From Tubiluchus corallicola (Eukaryota > Animalia > Priapulida): a stretch of 64,000 nucleotides of DNA. Where the stretch lies: positions 496,001 through 560,000 of the forward strand of contig JAQGDQ010000029.1 of assembly GCA_030141605.1 (NCBI GenBank), written 5' to 3'. Positions 1 to 16,376 of this stretch are shown in pieces (the first letter of the stretch is position 1; every line of letters starts with the position of its first letter). A program made the translations under genes and the position numbers. Below the pieces are notes generated by a model that was not told the origin of the DNA, did not search any database, and was given only the letters and a program-made list of their open reading frames with translations.

Positions 1-830
1 TTAGTTTTTAACGCAGCTTCTTAATGATTTTTTTCCTCATTTTAATGTCATTGTATTAATCTCATTACATGCAGTTTTGTCTGTAATTTTTATGATTTGT
101 ATTATTGTATCTCTACCTTACAGCTGACGCAGTCCATGAGGGACGAAAGTTACTAGAAAAATAATTTCTTTTGAGATTTAAAAGGCATTTTGTCTTTTTC
201 GGACATTTAGGGCAAATAGTATTTTCTTTCCCTTAATGTGTACGATGCTAAGCATCAATGTTCGCTGTGTTTTCTGATAGCAGCTGTAAATTCCGTGGTA
301 TCCAACAACCATTTAAGGGGGAAAAGATGTTGTCCAATCGTCAAAGCTCGTGAAATTTACTGACAAAATCCGCGCCTGTGGTAGCATAAAACAGATTATT
401 ATTTCATTATAAAGTTTATGTAGGTTTTATTAAAACCAAATGATGCTGAATGATCTTTTCTACTCTTAATTTTATTAAAATAAGAAAACTCTTCTCTCTT
501 TAAACAGTATCTTCAAATATGTGTATTGTTTTTTATAATTACGTTGCAGCTAAAAAAACTCAACGAACTAAGAAAAGTCATAAAATTCGCTTCAAAAATT
601 CAGATTATTTAGAGACTTGTTAAAGACCCACGTTCGTTTACACATGTCCAGTATTTTTTATTTCATATATGCTATAACGAATGCTCTGTTGTATGGCGAA
701 GCAATAGTGGTAATTTCGTACTGCAGGAGTCCAGAAATTAATTCTGAGATTATCGTTAGGTCTCAGTAGTTAGTAATAAAATGATAACAACCGATCAATT
801 TAAAAGTAAACCAAAGTAAAGCAATGTTAC

Positions 831-2997
<2,167 letters not shown>

Positions 2998-3811
2998 TAC
3001 CGACGATCTGCTCTGAATGTACAACAACTTTTTTAAAGTAGTTTTCAACTAAGAGTTTGCCGAACAAATAAAACGAACTTTAGAAGTTCAGTTAAAAACC
3101 AGCGCCCAAAACTGCTCAGTTCGTTTCCTGTTAAACTTACATGATCCAGCCTTGCACATTGATTAATTTTTTTAAACGTTCGTCGCAATCGCTGCAAATC
3201 TAAATTTCAACAGTTTATCTAAGTCTCGGTGTAAATTAGTATGATCATTCGCCTAACTGTTGTTACTGATTCAATATGAAATTTTTGCAATATGTATGAA
3301 CAGCATTAACGTAGAAAAGCAAACTTATAAATGTTAGAAAAATTCCAGGTAGCTTACCAGTAAAACTAGTTTATCGGTCTTTACACTGGAGAGTCCTCTA
3401 TTAATGTGTTCAAAATGACCATATGACTATAGACGAGTTGCATAAGGCCTTAGGCAAGGCAGGATCAATGACTCTCGGACGTGCTTTGTAACTAGTCTGT
3501 GTAAAGCATAAAGAAATTTCATACCAGTAATATATATGACCAATAACGATGTCTATGTCTACGTGTTAGTGTTGCAATGTTCAAAAGTAGTTTCCGGGTC
3601 GCTTGCCTGATGACCAAATGTTTTTTTCATTTCCTAAAGCTTTTTTCTTAGTAATTTTGACTATAAATTTAAGAATATTTGGTAGGGAGATAAGTAAGAA
3701 GGTAAGACGGGACATAGTTTGGCGTGTGGTGGCATTCATTATGACTAAGACCGTAGATTACGACCGCAGATTTTTTATTAAGACCATTAATAGTTGTTTA
3801 GTAGTTGTTAT

Positions 3812-4060
3812 GTAGGTAAGGTAAGTATAGGTAAGTAATATAGAGTCAGGTAAGTAGAGAGGTACGTAGGTAACTAGCTAGCTAGATGCGTAGGAAGCTG
3901 GGTAGGTAGCTAGCTAGCTAGGTAGATAGTATGTATATAGGTAGGTAAGTAAGTAGATAAATAGTAAGTAGATAGGTATGTAGGTAGGTATGTAGGCAAG
4001 TAGATAGGTGGGTAGGTAGGTAAGTATTGGGGCAGGTAGGCAAATAAGTAGGTAGGTAGA
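3812..4060. repeat. Degenerate (GGTA)n repeat upstream of ShK paralog A
   Basis: ggta/aggt arrays with a paralogous copy at 12210-12435. Confidence 0.85.
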
Positions 4061-5560
4061 CAGATTAGCGTGTAAGTGTGGTTTGTTGTAGAAGTTCCTG
4101 CATAGAAGTTCTTGTATAGAGTATTGAGTACAGGATTGATGCACGCAGTCTAGAAATAGGACTTTTCTTGAGAACAAATTCTTACGAATAAAAGTTGCTA
4201 AAAAATTACACTAATTCGCACTATTAACCAGTGTCCTGTTAAGTAGGTTAGTTGGTTGGTTGGCTGGTTTGTGGTTTGGTTGGTTTGTTTGTTTGTTTGC
4301 TGGTTGGTTGGTTGGATGGCTCGTTTATTTGTAGCTTAATAAAGTAAGGTAAATCGTAAAGTAAGGTAAAGTAAGGTGAAACAAAAGCCGAATTTGGTTT
4401 TTGTTGTCCTTTTGGTTTACAGCACACAAATCGAGGCCAAATATGTAGGTTCATACAGCTGGTAAGAGTGATTGTAGCGGCAGATTGGTGTTAGTAGTGA
4501 TTATATAATTGATGATTTAAATTTTCTTTATTTGTCTATTACATACACGTCGTGTTTATTTTGTTCAGGATCGATGGTGAGCATCAACAAACGAGATATT
4601 AAAGTCCTTAGATTGCTGACCTCTGTCACCAGGACCTTTCTGAAGGTCGGATATCAGATAAACTCTACATAAAACAAAGTTTGGCGTGTGGTCGCATTCA
4701 TTATGAGTAAGACCGTAGATTAAGACCGCAGATTTTTTATTAAGACCATTAATAGTTGATTAGTAGTTGTTATGTTATGCCATAGATGTTGTGTTTGTGT
4801 TTTATGTCCCTTGGCATTACATTCTCTGGTTTATTGGTAATTTCGATTCCCATACAGGTTCTCCAATTCCACTTATAACATTCAAAAATTACCGAGAGAG
4901 TTGTTTAATGTTTCTGTTTTGCCCAGTGGACTAAGCTGTTGATAATTGAAGCTGCCCTAATGTGCAAAGTTTGCAAGTGCTCACTTCTGCGCTTCCCGAA
5001 CGTGGAAGCATCATAGATAAACAATCAGAAAAGGGGCATCGTTGTCTAATCTCATCAAGTAATCAAGTAACACTTGTTATTAGTGAAGCGTTTCTGGGCC
5101 GTTCCACTTCTGACGCATCACATATGAACTAACCTTGGCACGTTGATCGTTAACACAAGAACATGACTGTTTTTAATAGTGACAAACGATTTGTAAAGAA
5201 AGCCATTAGGTAAATCCAATAAAAAGCTATACAAGAATATGAGTAACGTTATAATTATTATAAGGTTTTTATTTGGCAAAATTTCTGAACATTTTTACAT
5301 CATATTTAAATTTAGATTTCAAACTGCATAATATTTACAATCTGCCATTGCTTATTATACACATATTTTGAAATTAGCTAACTTTATAATATTTACAGTA
5401 TGTCTTTTCGACTGCGAAATGCCGATATTTTTAAAACGTCCAAGAAATTTGTTATACAATAATATTATTAGCACGACCTTGCCATAGCTAAAACTAATCA
5501 TGATTATGCTGTGGCAGCAAAAGACTGCTGTCCTGTGGACCTACTAGTTTCATTCCATTG

Positions 5561-8500
5561 TTATGGTCCAACTCCGGATACTGAAAAATACAAAAGTAAC
5601 TTTATTATCTGGTTCATGGATTTGTCATTAGCGCATAAGGCAGGCTAACCGACGCCAGGGAGCTCATGATCTCATCAGTGCTGCCAGATTTTATTTACTG
5701 TGGCATTCTACATAAGGATAAATGACTAGATGACCATTTGGTTGCTATCCTTTCGCTTATTAGTATCATTATTAATTATTGTAGCTAATTATTTGTAGGA
5801 ATATCATTAATACATTTGTATGAACGTATATTTAATGAAGACAAATAAATTTTAAAGTTCAATTCAAATTCGATTCTGGCCCACACTACAATTTTAAATG
5901 CAGTCCCGGATTTCTACATTGTAAATAGTATGTGAGCGGCGCACCACTGTAATATAATTATTAAGAAATTACATTGCACTAGAGTATCAAAAATTTCAGA
6001 AATTTCATAGTTCAAAAATTTTCTTCCCTTGTTGCATTACATGGTTTTGCTGCTAAATTCAAAAGTTTCTTTTAGTGTGCCAATTTTATGTTTTATTACA
6101 TGAAGTGGTGAATGCGCAACTGTTTGTAATAGGAAACCTTATCATGGGCCCGAAGATCTAAATATTAAATTTATAAATCGCCTTTAGGGATTTTTACCTT
6201 CGAATCGAAAGACCTCGTTGTCACCATCACAGAAATGACAAGAGTTGGGACAGTACTGCAACATTAGTTCCGGGCTTTCTTCACAAGCGCCCGAAGTGGC
6301 TAAACTTGGACAAGCTGTGACTGCGTCATCACAACCTAAGCAAAAACACAGCAATTTTCGTAAACGGTACGCTGTGCAATTTTAGGCCTACATATTTTAC
6401 TCAATAAAATTAATATTATACATAGATGTTTTGCTTTCAACATTTGTTAGTGAAACAGTTTAGTGCGTACAAAGGATGATTTATTAATAGATCGTGACTC
6501 CTTAATGGCAGTCATTCTAAAGAGATTTCAATATATTTCGGGTATATCAATAAAACAATATTTATTAGTTGACAAGACTTTCAAAACTTTACCAATAACT
6601 AAAGAATAAGTAGTACTTAGGGTTCTCTTGGGGTACTTACTGCTTTTCCTCTCACAAGTCTTGCAGCTTAGCGGACAATCTTCAAGCATAAATTCCGGGT
6701 TAGCTTCGCATTCTCCCTCATCTGCCCAGTCTTCGCACTTCAAGTTTCTGTCTATGCAAGAAGCTGAAACAGAAAAAAACGAGCTAAGAAACATTTTAAG
6801 TTGTACTTAATAACCAAACATCCTGAATACAGTCCATACTTTGCGCACAGCTTATCATGTATTTATGGTCAAATAGATGTCGCTACATGTACCAATGTAT
6901 GAATTTTGGTGTAAACCTGAATGAATTCTTAGTACACCTATTAAGATCTCAGTTACAGCGGGATAAAGGCAGCTGGAAGTATTGGCACTAAGTTTTTTAC
7001 TTAACCAATAAAGATTTAAAGAATTCTTATTTAAACTTTGTTATGTTCCTGGCAGCGTTTGTAATTGTAAAATGTAAAGAAAGTTTCTCAAACCGTTCAT
7101 CACCTACTATTTAACTATTAGTTGGTTAGTTAAATGTTAAAGAACATGAAAAAGGATACCTAAAGTACATTACTTTATAGCAATTTTTAGCAAGTATATC
7201 GTACTCACATTGAAAGGACTTTTCAATGTTAAAATGTTTTCACCAATTGGTAAAATTTGCTGACACACCCTCCAGGGTGCACCACTCACTAATCAAAACC
7301 TATTTTTAATCTTATTGACAGGATACCGTAATTTAAAATTTTGCTCAGTTAGTGATATGTGTGCTACCAATATTCTGATTATTTTTTCAAAGTTTACACA
7401 ATGTTATCTAAACTGGTTTCAAATGACCTGTCGTTAAAGTGGCTGCGTCTAACGGTCATCGCGGGAGTTTAAATTTGCATGCTTTATACAGCGTTATTGC
7501 CGACGCAAGTTTAATATGCAAAAAAGCAGTATGTAAGTGGTATAAAATTTCAAGATGAATTTTAAGCTTTATGTAAGTTGAGGGTTTTTTGTGTTTTAAG
7601 TGAAAATGAATGACAAAGGTGACCCGATTTTTTTCACTTTAATTTTCCACTGCTGAACTACTCATGGGAATTTCAACTTATAATTTTCCATAAATATAAT
7701 TTTCTTAATTAGCCTTACAACAATTATAGCTTAAAGCAAATTTGATTATTTGTTATATACTGCACTAATGTATACTTACTGTATATTTTAGCTGTATTTT
7801 AGAATTAAATATTAGCTAGTAAATTTAGTAAAAAATATAGAAAATAGAAAATAACTATAATTGTATGAGAAAGATAAGTTAGTAAGACAAGTTAGAACAA
7901 ATAGTCCTATCTTGAAAAGCGGTTACAAAAAGCAAGGAAGAAGAGTACGAGGACCTACCCAGTTTTGCTGTTGCTTTCTGTCGCCCTCTAACGTCAGTTT
8001 TATAACTTACATTTCATAACTTCCTTGTAGGTGCAAACGCTGCAGCTTTTTCTGCACATATACATCATGAAGTTTGGGTTGTTATCACACTCTCCTTGTT
8101 TAGCCCACTCACGGCAGCCGTCATTGAAATCAACACATTCTAAAACGGATTAATAACAATGTGTTAAGCCACTGGATGCAAAATATTAACGTCCAGTGGA
8201 TCTATTGCATTCACTTGCATCGAATAGTTTTTTAAAATGGGAAGAATTAGGTATACTAAGCTTCCTAAAACGCAAATGAAAGTCGTAATTAATAAAAATA
8301 TGATAACAGCCATTCAGAATAAAAAGTAATGAACTGCTGTATTTAACTCCTTGCTTCAAAGAATAAGGTAATTTAGAGGCTTGTTGAAAACCCACATTCG
8401 GTTACGCATGTCCAGTATTTGTTGTTTCATATACGTGATAATGGACGCCCTATTGTGTAATGAGGCAACAGTGGTAATTTCGTTCTGCAGTGGTCCAAAA

Positions 8501-11078
8501 ATTCAGTTGTGTGATTATTGTTAGGCCTAGTAAATAATGAAAAGATAATAATTTAAAAGTAAATCAAAGTAAAGCAATGTTACCCGCTTGTTCTCCACAA
8601 ACTTTACAGCTCACCGGACAGTTGAAGGCAAAGTTTCCTACTGTTTTGCAGTGACCTTTTAGAGCACCTTCTTCACAGATTTCGTCATCGAAAACGTTGA
8701 AACAATCTATAATGCAAAGCCCTATGATTAGCGCATGCTGCGAACTTGGCTCTATAAGGTATAAGGTACATTACGTCTTTGTCTTGGCGCTTCAGTACAG
8801 TCTGCAAAGTTACTACTTATCCGTTGTCGTCAAAATCGCTCTTTTATTAAAGTTTGATTATAATATTTTACAGACAAAGGCATACTTTTTAAAGGTTTCT
8901 GGAGAAGTTTTTGCTTGCCTAACAATGCCGTGATTTGAAAAGGGATTTGAAGTTATATACGCTAAGCAAAACCCTACCTATGCTGCGCCTAACTTACCTA
9001 TATGCTTAATTTTTTTATCAACCGCACAATGGAACATGAAGGCGCCTATAACGATGTAGAGATGGTAATTAGAAGTAATGTTTCGTTTGTTTTCACATAG
9101 ATTTTCTCATTTACCTGGTATGTCCTCACATTCTAAACAACTTCTTGGGCATCTTGTTAACATAAAATCTGGATTTTTTTCACACTCTCTTTCTTCTGCC
9201 CAGCCTCTGCAATCTTCCAGCTCATCTTTGCATGCTGCAATAATAAAATTATATGTCGACAATGTAGATTTAACCAACAATTTTTTTTCGTACGTATTAT
9301 CTTTGCACTCAAAATTTGCGTTTTTCTACAAATTTTCATTAGAAATCGTAGAGAAAAATATAATTTGTCTTTATCTGCTTATTTGTTGCGCGCCATATTG
9401 CGTTTTTGCGGATGATCCTACAGGGTAGTATAGGCTGCAGCCTAGGCCCTTCAAGCTGGGGGGAGGGGGGGGCTCAAGCTTGGAAGCCTCAAGCTTGAAG
9501 GGTCCTGCTATAATTTTCAAATATACTTTGTTTTTGAGAAATGAGTAGAATATTTTGCATTGCTGAATAATTCAATTAACTTGAAATAAAATTTCAATTT
9601 TAAAAAAGGAGCCTGGAAATCTGAAGACACAATTTAGCGCCGTTGTTTGGGGACATAATTTCATTATTCTAGGGACCCCAAAAGTTCATAATCCGACCCT
9701 GCCGATGATAATAGTAATACTGCAGATGGTGCTGTCGCTGTGATATTACAACTGTTGCGTCATTTTTTCTCGTTGTAAGTGATACATAGTCACTGATGAT
9801 GTTTTTCAATTTACAGTTGAATTTATACACGAAAATGTTGCTTACAGTATTTTGTCGATGTACTTATACAGACACTCTTCCAGCTCGTCTTATTGTTTTG
9901 CCTACTTGTGCAATTGTAGTAAATTCAACTTCTTCTTTCCAGTTTTTCCCTATGCTTGGTCGCTGTTGTGAATGAGTCTTCTCCACGCATTCCTGTTGTT
10001 GACCATTTCTTCATTTATGTCTTCCCTTCCCACATGATTTTCACCGACTCTTCTTTTCAGGTGTCTATACCATCGCAATCTTGCGAGGCTTCCACTACTT
10101 TTACTGTTCCTCTGATATTATTATTTCTCATTTTATCTCTTCTTATTATTCCCACCATCCATCTCAACATCCTCATCTCCACCACACCCATTTTCTTCTC
10201 TTCGATCATCTTTAGAGAAGCTGCTTCCAGCCCATAGATTAGAGCGGGTCTGACCACTTCTTTGTGGACTCATTCATAGAAGGTTTTGGCGCAGTTTTTA
10301 CAGGCGGATGCTCTTCCTGACCCTAACCCTCCCTATTTATCCGGGCTTGGGACCGGCACTGAGTTGGGCTGGCTTGCCCCCCCCCCCTAGTGGCTAGGTT
10401 AATTGTACTAAATTCAACTATAAGACAAAATCACTTTTGTTGTAAACTGATATGGAGTTCCTTCAGGGGCGTATTTACCAATAGCTAACTAGGCTGCAGC
10501 TCAGGGCACTAAATTTTGAGGGACGCCAGATATTAAAAATTCTTGCTCTCCTCGCATAATGGATATCCTTTCGTATTCATAATTTATAGCACATCACAAG
10601 AAGTTAGTGAGTCGCTTTTATGTAAGCGCCAAATAATAAACAAGTACAATTATTACCTGAAAAGTACTACACCACCAACATCACGTAGGTACTAGGTAAT
10701 AGTACTGCCCATACGCCACAAGCAATTGTGCATACTAGCCATAAATCCATAATAGAAATGAGCGGAACCGAACTTTCAGCCTGGAGCGCCGTAATGTCTT
10801 GAAGCGCCCCAGAGATACTTATATCAACTTTTAATTAATCTTTACAAGCTTCAAAATGTTACCACTAAATGGCACTTTTTCGTTTGATATTTTCTTCTTT
10901 CTTGATTGCTGGTTTACAGCAATGAATAAAGTATGCATGAAATAAACTAAACTAGGTAGCCAAATTTAGCAATTTTCTTACCAATCGCGAATGAGTAGTG
11001 TTCGTTATCTCCTTTTAACATCGCGTTTGATGCGGAGAAAATAATCGCCGCAAGCATCGTTACCAAAAGTCCTTTCAT
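5561..11078 (-). CDS. Secreted four-ShK-domain protein, paralog B (203 aa); exons 11078-10982, 9234-9115, 8706-8584, 8139-8011, 6763-6641, 5580-5561
   Basis: Signal-peptide exon MKGLLVTMLAAIIFSASNA..., then four phase-1 exons with one ShK domain each (e.g. CIDRNLKCEDWADEGECEANPEFMLEDCPLSCKTC; CVDFNDGCREWAKQGECDNNPNFMMYMCRKSCSVC), then a short last exon ISGVGP*. All junctions are GT-AG and the frame is continuous (612 nt). The last exon is the least certain. Confidence 0.88.
9408..9701. mobile_element. Non-autonomous DNA transposon (MITE, hAT-like CAGGG termini)
   Basis: gcggatgatcctacagggtagtataggctgcagcctagg...cataatccgaccctg; a related copy begins cagggccggattatcctacaggctagtataagctgcaacctagg at 46300, and a more diverged one near 10463. 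Confidence 0.6.
9931..10400 (-). mobile_element. Internally deleted RTE-clade LINE derivative with 19-bp target-site duplication
   Basis: RTE RT C-terminus (VRPALIYGLEAASLKMIEEKKMGVVEMRMLRWMVGIIRRDKMRN), short GAA tail, RTE-type 5' segment at 10270-10400; flanks aattgtagtaaattcaact (9912-9930) and aattgtactaaattcaact (10401-10419). Confidence 0.85.
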
Positions 11079-12209
11079 GGCTGAAGATTTATCCTAAATA
11101 TAACAATTGGAGAACTTCAAAAGTTCAATTGCAAACTAGAGGCATAAACTAACATTGTTGAAAAAAAACAGGAAAAACTCATTTTCGATCCTTCATTCAA
11201 ATCGCGTTGATTTTGATTGGCAAGTTTTAAATTCAAGGCTTTGGATTAAATAATTATTTATTACAAGAATTACACACCAACCCTATGCCTGCTATTATTT
11301 ACAACCACGTTTTTCATAAACTCAGATCAGGTCATCCGTCCAGTGACATTCTCTTCAAGTTGTTGCAGAACTGCATAAAGACTACTAAACATCTTGCTCA
11401 TTGATTGTACGCTTAATTGTACACTGAATTGTAACTTGAATTATTTTGAATTTTGGACTTTTAAATTAAACACCAGTTATCGAGCAAACATACTTTTGTG
11501 TACCTAATAGGATGATGTATATTGATAACTGTTGCTGTACTCTGTGGTCTTTACATACTTTAATTTTAAGTGTTAACTAATGAATTATTTGTGAATTAAC
11601 TAATGAACATAAATACTATGCATTTATATTCTTGACAATCAGTTGTATATATATATATATATATCTGTTCTCAACTATAATGTATTTGTTGCAGAGTAGA
11701 AAAATCCGATCAGTAATGTTACTATTGGTCAATCACTTAATAAATAATGTTTATAATTAATTATTTCAGCACCTGCCTTTTCCCGTAATTTTTACAAGTT
11801 CATTCAACAGTTCGTCTAAGTTCTGTCTAAATTATGCATTATTTTACTTACCTGTTATCACAGTGTTACTAATTAAACGTTGCATTATGGCATCGTATAC
11901 ATTACGATCAGTATTAATATGAAGACGCTAACTTTAGTCAGAAAATTTTGAAACAACTTACCAACTGAGTTATTTTATTGGACCTTCCTCGGCAATGTCC
12001 TGTACTGATATGAAGGTAATGCGATCCGCCTTGATTGTTTTTTCTTAAAAGTTACCTGTTTGAGATAAGTGACATTTGCGCCTCGGGTAAAACAGGATCA
12101 TTGACACTGGAACGAAGACCAGTCACCTCATAAATCTTATTAATCTTGCCAAAAGCATTATACTAGGCATTTCGACTACAAATGCACATATTGATAAAAT
12201 TTTCTGTGT

Positions 12210-12435
12210 AAGTAGGTAGCTAGGTAGGTAGGTTGGCAGGTAGACAGATAGGCAAGTAGGTAGGTAGGTAGGTAGGTAGGTAGGTAGGTCGGTAGGTAGG
12301 TAGGTAGGTAGGAAGGTAGGTAGGTAGGTAGGTAGGTAGGCAGGTAGGTAGGTAGGTAGGTATGTGGGCAGGTAGATAGGTGGGTAGGTAGGTTGGTAAG
12401 TATTTTGGCAGGTAGGCAAATAAGTAGATAGGTAG
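12210..12435. repeat. (GGTA)n repeat upstream of ShK paralog B
   Basis: Long ggta array; accounts for the LPTY ORFs. Confidence 0.9.
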
Positions 12436-15087
12436 ACAGATTAGCGTGTAAGTGTGGTTTGATGTAGAAGTTCCTACACAGAAGTTCTTGTATAGAGTAT
12501 TGAGTACAGGATTGATGCACGCAGTCTAGAAATAGGACTTTTATTGAGAACAAAATATATTTGGCAATTTTGGATGAGTCGTTTTTCCGATGTTGCGGGG
12601 AACCCCGTCATACGAATAAAAGTTGCTAAGAAATTACACCAAATTCGCACTATTAACCAGTGTCAAGTTTAATCACCATTTTTGATGCGTGTATTTGAGG
12701 TAATATGCATTCTTGTAAAATAGGTTGTATTTTAAAAGGACAAGACTTGCCTGTAGATTTCACCGCTCGTCTAATACCAATTTGTCAATCAATGCTAAAG
12801 ATCTTTAGGGTCAACTACTCCGAAGTGTTTAATTACCCTCTGCGGGAAATTTACTTTCTCTTCCTGATGTAATTTTAAGCCTCAAAGTTTAAAAACCCTG
12901 ACACATGGTGAAGTTGATGCGATTTTTTAATCAGGATTGCCAGTGCTTTGACCGCTTCTAGGCTGGCGGCAGATGCAGCAAACTAATTAGCAGCGATGAA
13001 CGAACTCAACGTCACTTAGGTGACTATATATTTGTCTTAACAAAAAAATAGCTTTCGTCGCTCAAACCCTGGGAATTTTTATTTTGCTTTATGCGTCTTA
13101 AACCATTAGTGAAGCTAAAAACATATGTATACGTAAAATACTCCTAGCAGCAAAAACGAGAGATATAAACTAGGTTTATTCGGTGGAAGATTTTGTAAAA
13201 TTAATAAGTTACTGGCAAACCTTTCACAATTATTCGTTGCATTTTTCCGAGGCGTACTTGGAGGTTTTAGATACACCACTTTCGCTAACATCAAAAAGAC
13301 ACAAGAATGGCAATTTAACATTAGAATAACCAGACCCTGTTTTTGGACTAAACTGTTCTTTCCTTGTATTAATCTGTCAATTTGCAGATATTAAGCCGTG
13401 ATACCATTACTATAATTTCATTCGTTTTAATTTCATAATTGCTATTAATAATGTTACAAACCTTCATCATCCAAAAACTTAATTATTATTACTAGCGGAA
13501 AACCGGCTGAAACATTTTGTATAAACAGGATTATAATCAATAATGCGCGAACAAGTTACATAGTATTTGCTTACTTTTTACCACATTAAATGAAGCCACT
13601 TGATTAGAGAAACGCTACAACGTTGTTACAACAATACCTACGTTTCTTACCGAGAAATCCCGAAAATGAAATCTGAAACTGCACCATTAGTATTCGGTGG
13701 AATGAAGGTGCTTTAAAACCAGATTCGCAGCCAAGCTGTAGCCCAGTTTTTCCTCTTTCTGAACAGCTGCATATAACTCCCCCAAAGTTCTATAAAAAAA
13801 TTTGGAGACAGCGTATTGAGCGAAATTTTAAAAAAAAATCAATATGCATTTCATTTACAAATCTACATGCCCACCGTTGAACGGTACTTAATTATTACCA
13901 CCTTAGCCCCTTAGCACGTTTTTAAAATATAATAAATATAATTTTGGGAAAAATAGGGGAAAAAAACAATTTTACAGTTTTCTTCGTTCGATGTTCCCCA
14001 GCACTGAGCCTCCCTGGTATCTTCAGTTAAACCCTCCATAATGGTGATACTAATATTTTCTTGTGTTAATAGTTTTACTTCAAATTGATGTCTTATGATC
14101 TTATGAGCCCGCTTTTTAAATGCGTAAAAGTTTCTGAAAAAAGTTTTTATTTATGGACTAAAATTAGTTGGTAACGTACACTGTTGAAATGATTATACAC
14201 CCATATTTATGTTGATCAATGAATTTAGCGCATCCCCCATCACCCGCACGAGCATCGTGCCCCTATGACTCGCGCGCATGGCACGTGGCATTATTTACCT
14301 AGGAATCACAATCATTATTATAATCCACTAGGTGCTATTGTGTGCGGACGTGATGCCGGAAGCTGGGAACAAGTAGTTAATGTGGTAATCGTTTGAGTTG
14401 AATTCCTGCACAGGTGACAATATCTCGAGTTTGCATAACCACAGGGATAAAACCACGGGTATACGTCAATTAACGTATGCGCCAGGTAAGTTTCATATTC
14501 AATTCAATTAGTTTATTCACTCAGAAATGATAACATGCACTAACAATCAGCAACTTATAATTAAATAATTTAACCTAAAAAATCAAAGTCGCTGGTGCGC
14601 AGTGTGAGTAGAACCTAAAGAGCGCGTGCTAAATGAGAACTATAATTTCTAAAGGTAGCGATATTAATCTAACAATTGTAAATAGGTAGGTTCGTATGAT
14701 GTATTATATAAAAAAGTGTCGTAAATTAAAGTATTATTTATTAGTATCATATTAAGGATACATTTTCTTTTTAGCAGTAATTATGAATCCTATATTCCGT
14801 AGCCTGTGAATTTTTTTATGCTCAAACTTGATACTTAATCACTGCTTGATTTGGGATAGAAAAAACGAAGTGAATTTGCAGAATCCATATGCACCTTTAC
14901 AACAGCTGAAGATTTATTACGACAACTGTCAATTTATTGGTGCTTTCTATCATATGCAACTATCGCATTTTAGGTTAGGTAGATATCGTCACTATTGTAA
15001 TCAGAATCACGATGACAATAAAGGTGTCAATGACGCTAATGATGATGATTATAATGATGGCGGTGACGAAGATGATGACAGTGCGTA

Positions 15088-15552
15088 CATTCATTCATTC
15101 GTTTATTTGCTTTTTCATCGTTTTTTCGGTTGTTCTTTCATTCACTCGTTTGTTCATTTATTTATTTACACGTCTGCTCGATGCATTCTTCGTTCATTCT
15201 TCCACTCGTCGTTTAGTTTATTTATTCTTACATTTATTCTTTCAATCAGTTACTCATTCGCTCAGTCATTTGTTTGTTTGCATGTTTGTCCTTACATTTA
15301 TTCGTTTATTTATTCACTAGTTCGGTATTCAGTCAGACTAGTTATTCAGTCTGACTGTTCAGTGCTCATTCAGCTGTTCATTTGTTTCAGTTTTTCATTC
15401 GTTTGTTCCTTCGTTTTTATATGCACTCATCTACATATTTAATTCTATATCTATTCGAATTGTACGTTTGTTTGTCGATTCACACATTAATTTATTTATT
15501 CATTCACTCCATCTTCAATTCAAATCATTCATTCATTTATTTCCAGATTCAT
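15088..15552. repeat. Degenerate (ATTC)n low-complexity repeat
   Basis: attcattc/gttt arrays; account for the FIHS ORFs. Confidence 0.8.
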
Positions 15553-15869
15553 TACAGTATTTCTACGATGGCACATTAATTTCGAAAAGTCTAGTCGAGG
15601 AGGCCGCCGCTAAGGCCTAAGCCGCTACCGTGGCAGCCACCTTTACAAAATAAAACCAAAATTAAGTGAAGTTATTGAAACGAATATCAGCTATAATTAC
15701 TGTTCCATTTTAAATGCAATTTTCATATTTAAACGTTATAAAAAGTATCAAAGCTATTTTTTAATTTACAATAATAAATCAATTTATATCATTTTTACTA
15801 CACACATAACAATGACTAATCGTACAAACATATGAGTAAGTAGGCCTATCCAAATAATAATTTTTCATT

Positions 15870-16230
15870 TGTAGAATTATACTGTGTAAACTATATTCAC
15901 TAGTACGGGATAATTTAGCCTGAATATTTGCTGGAAGTTCATTTAGGCATTTAGGTACAGCGTCCCTTGCAGACTGTTCGGCGTATTCTGGAGTTTTAGT
16001 ATAATAAATTTAGTATGTTTTGATGATAAACAGGTAATTTCAAGTTGAAATGTTTATAAAAGAATTTGACTAATGCAATAGAGTGTATGTCTTGAATTTT
16101 AACAATTTTAAGATTTTTAAATATTGGCTCAATATGAGCATTGAACAATTCAAATCCGTTGAACAGTTCATGCTTTTGACTTTTAGAATGTCTGAGAAGA
16201 CAATACATAGAATTTTGTTATAATTTCAGA
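15870..16230 (-). mobile_element. Degenerate CR1/L2(Crack)-like LINE ORF2 C-terminal fragment
   Basis: AHIEPIFKNLKIVKIQDIHSIALVKFFYKHFNLKLPVY resembles the post-RT region of CR1/Crack LINEs; interrupted frame. Confidence 0.6.
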
Positions 16231-16266
16231 CCCTTGCGTTCCTTTTCACCATTCAATACAACTTTC

Positions 16267-16267
<1 letters not shown>

Positions 16268-16336
<69 letters not shown>

Positions 16337-16376
16337 CTCTCGCTCTCTCGCTCTCTCTCTATCTATCTATCTCTCT
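16268..16376. repeat. (CT)n microsatellite
   Basis: Long ct run. Confidence 0.95.

Noticed and set aside
250-290. Short terminal exon (AAIRKHSEH*) for ShK paralog A
   Set aside because: Weak acceptor and no similarity to the last exons of paralog B; cannot be supported.
14828-15579. 204-aa and overlapping ORFs upstream of NeuroD
   Set aside because: Products of (GAT)n and (ATTC)n low-complexity repeats.
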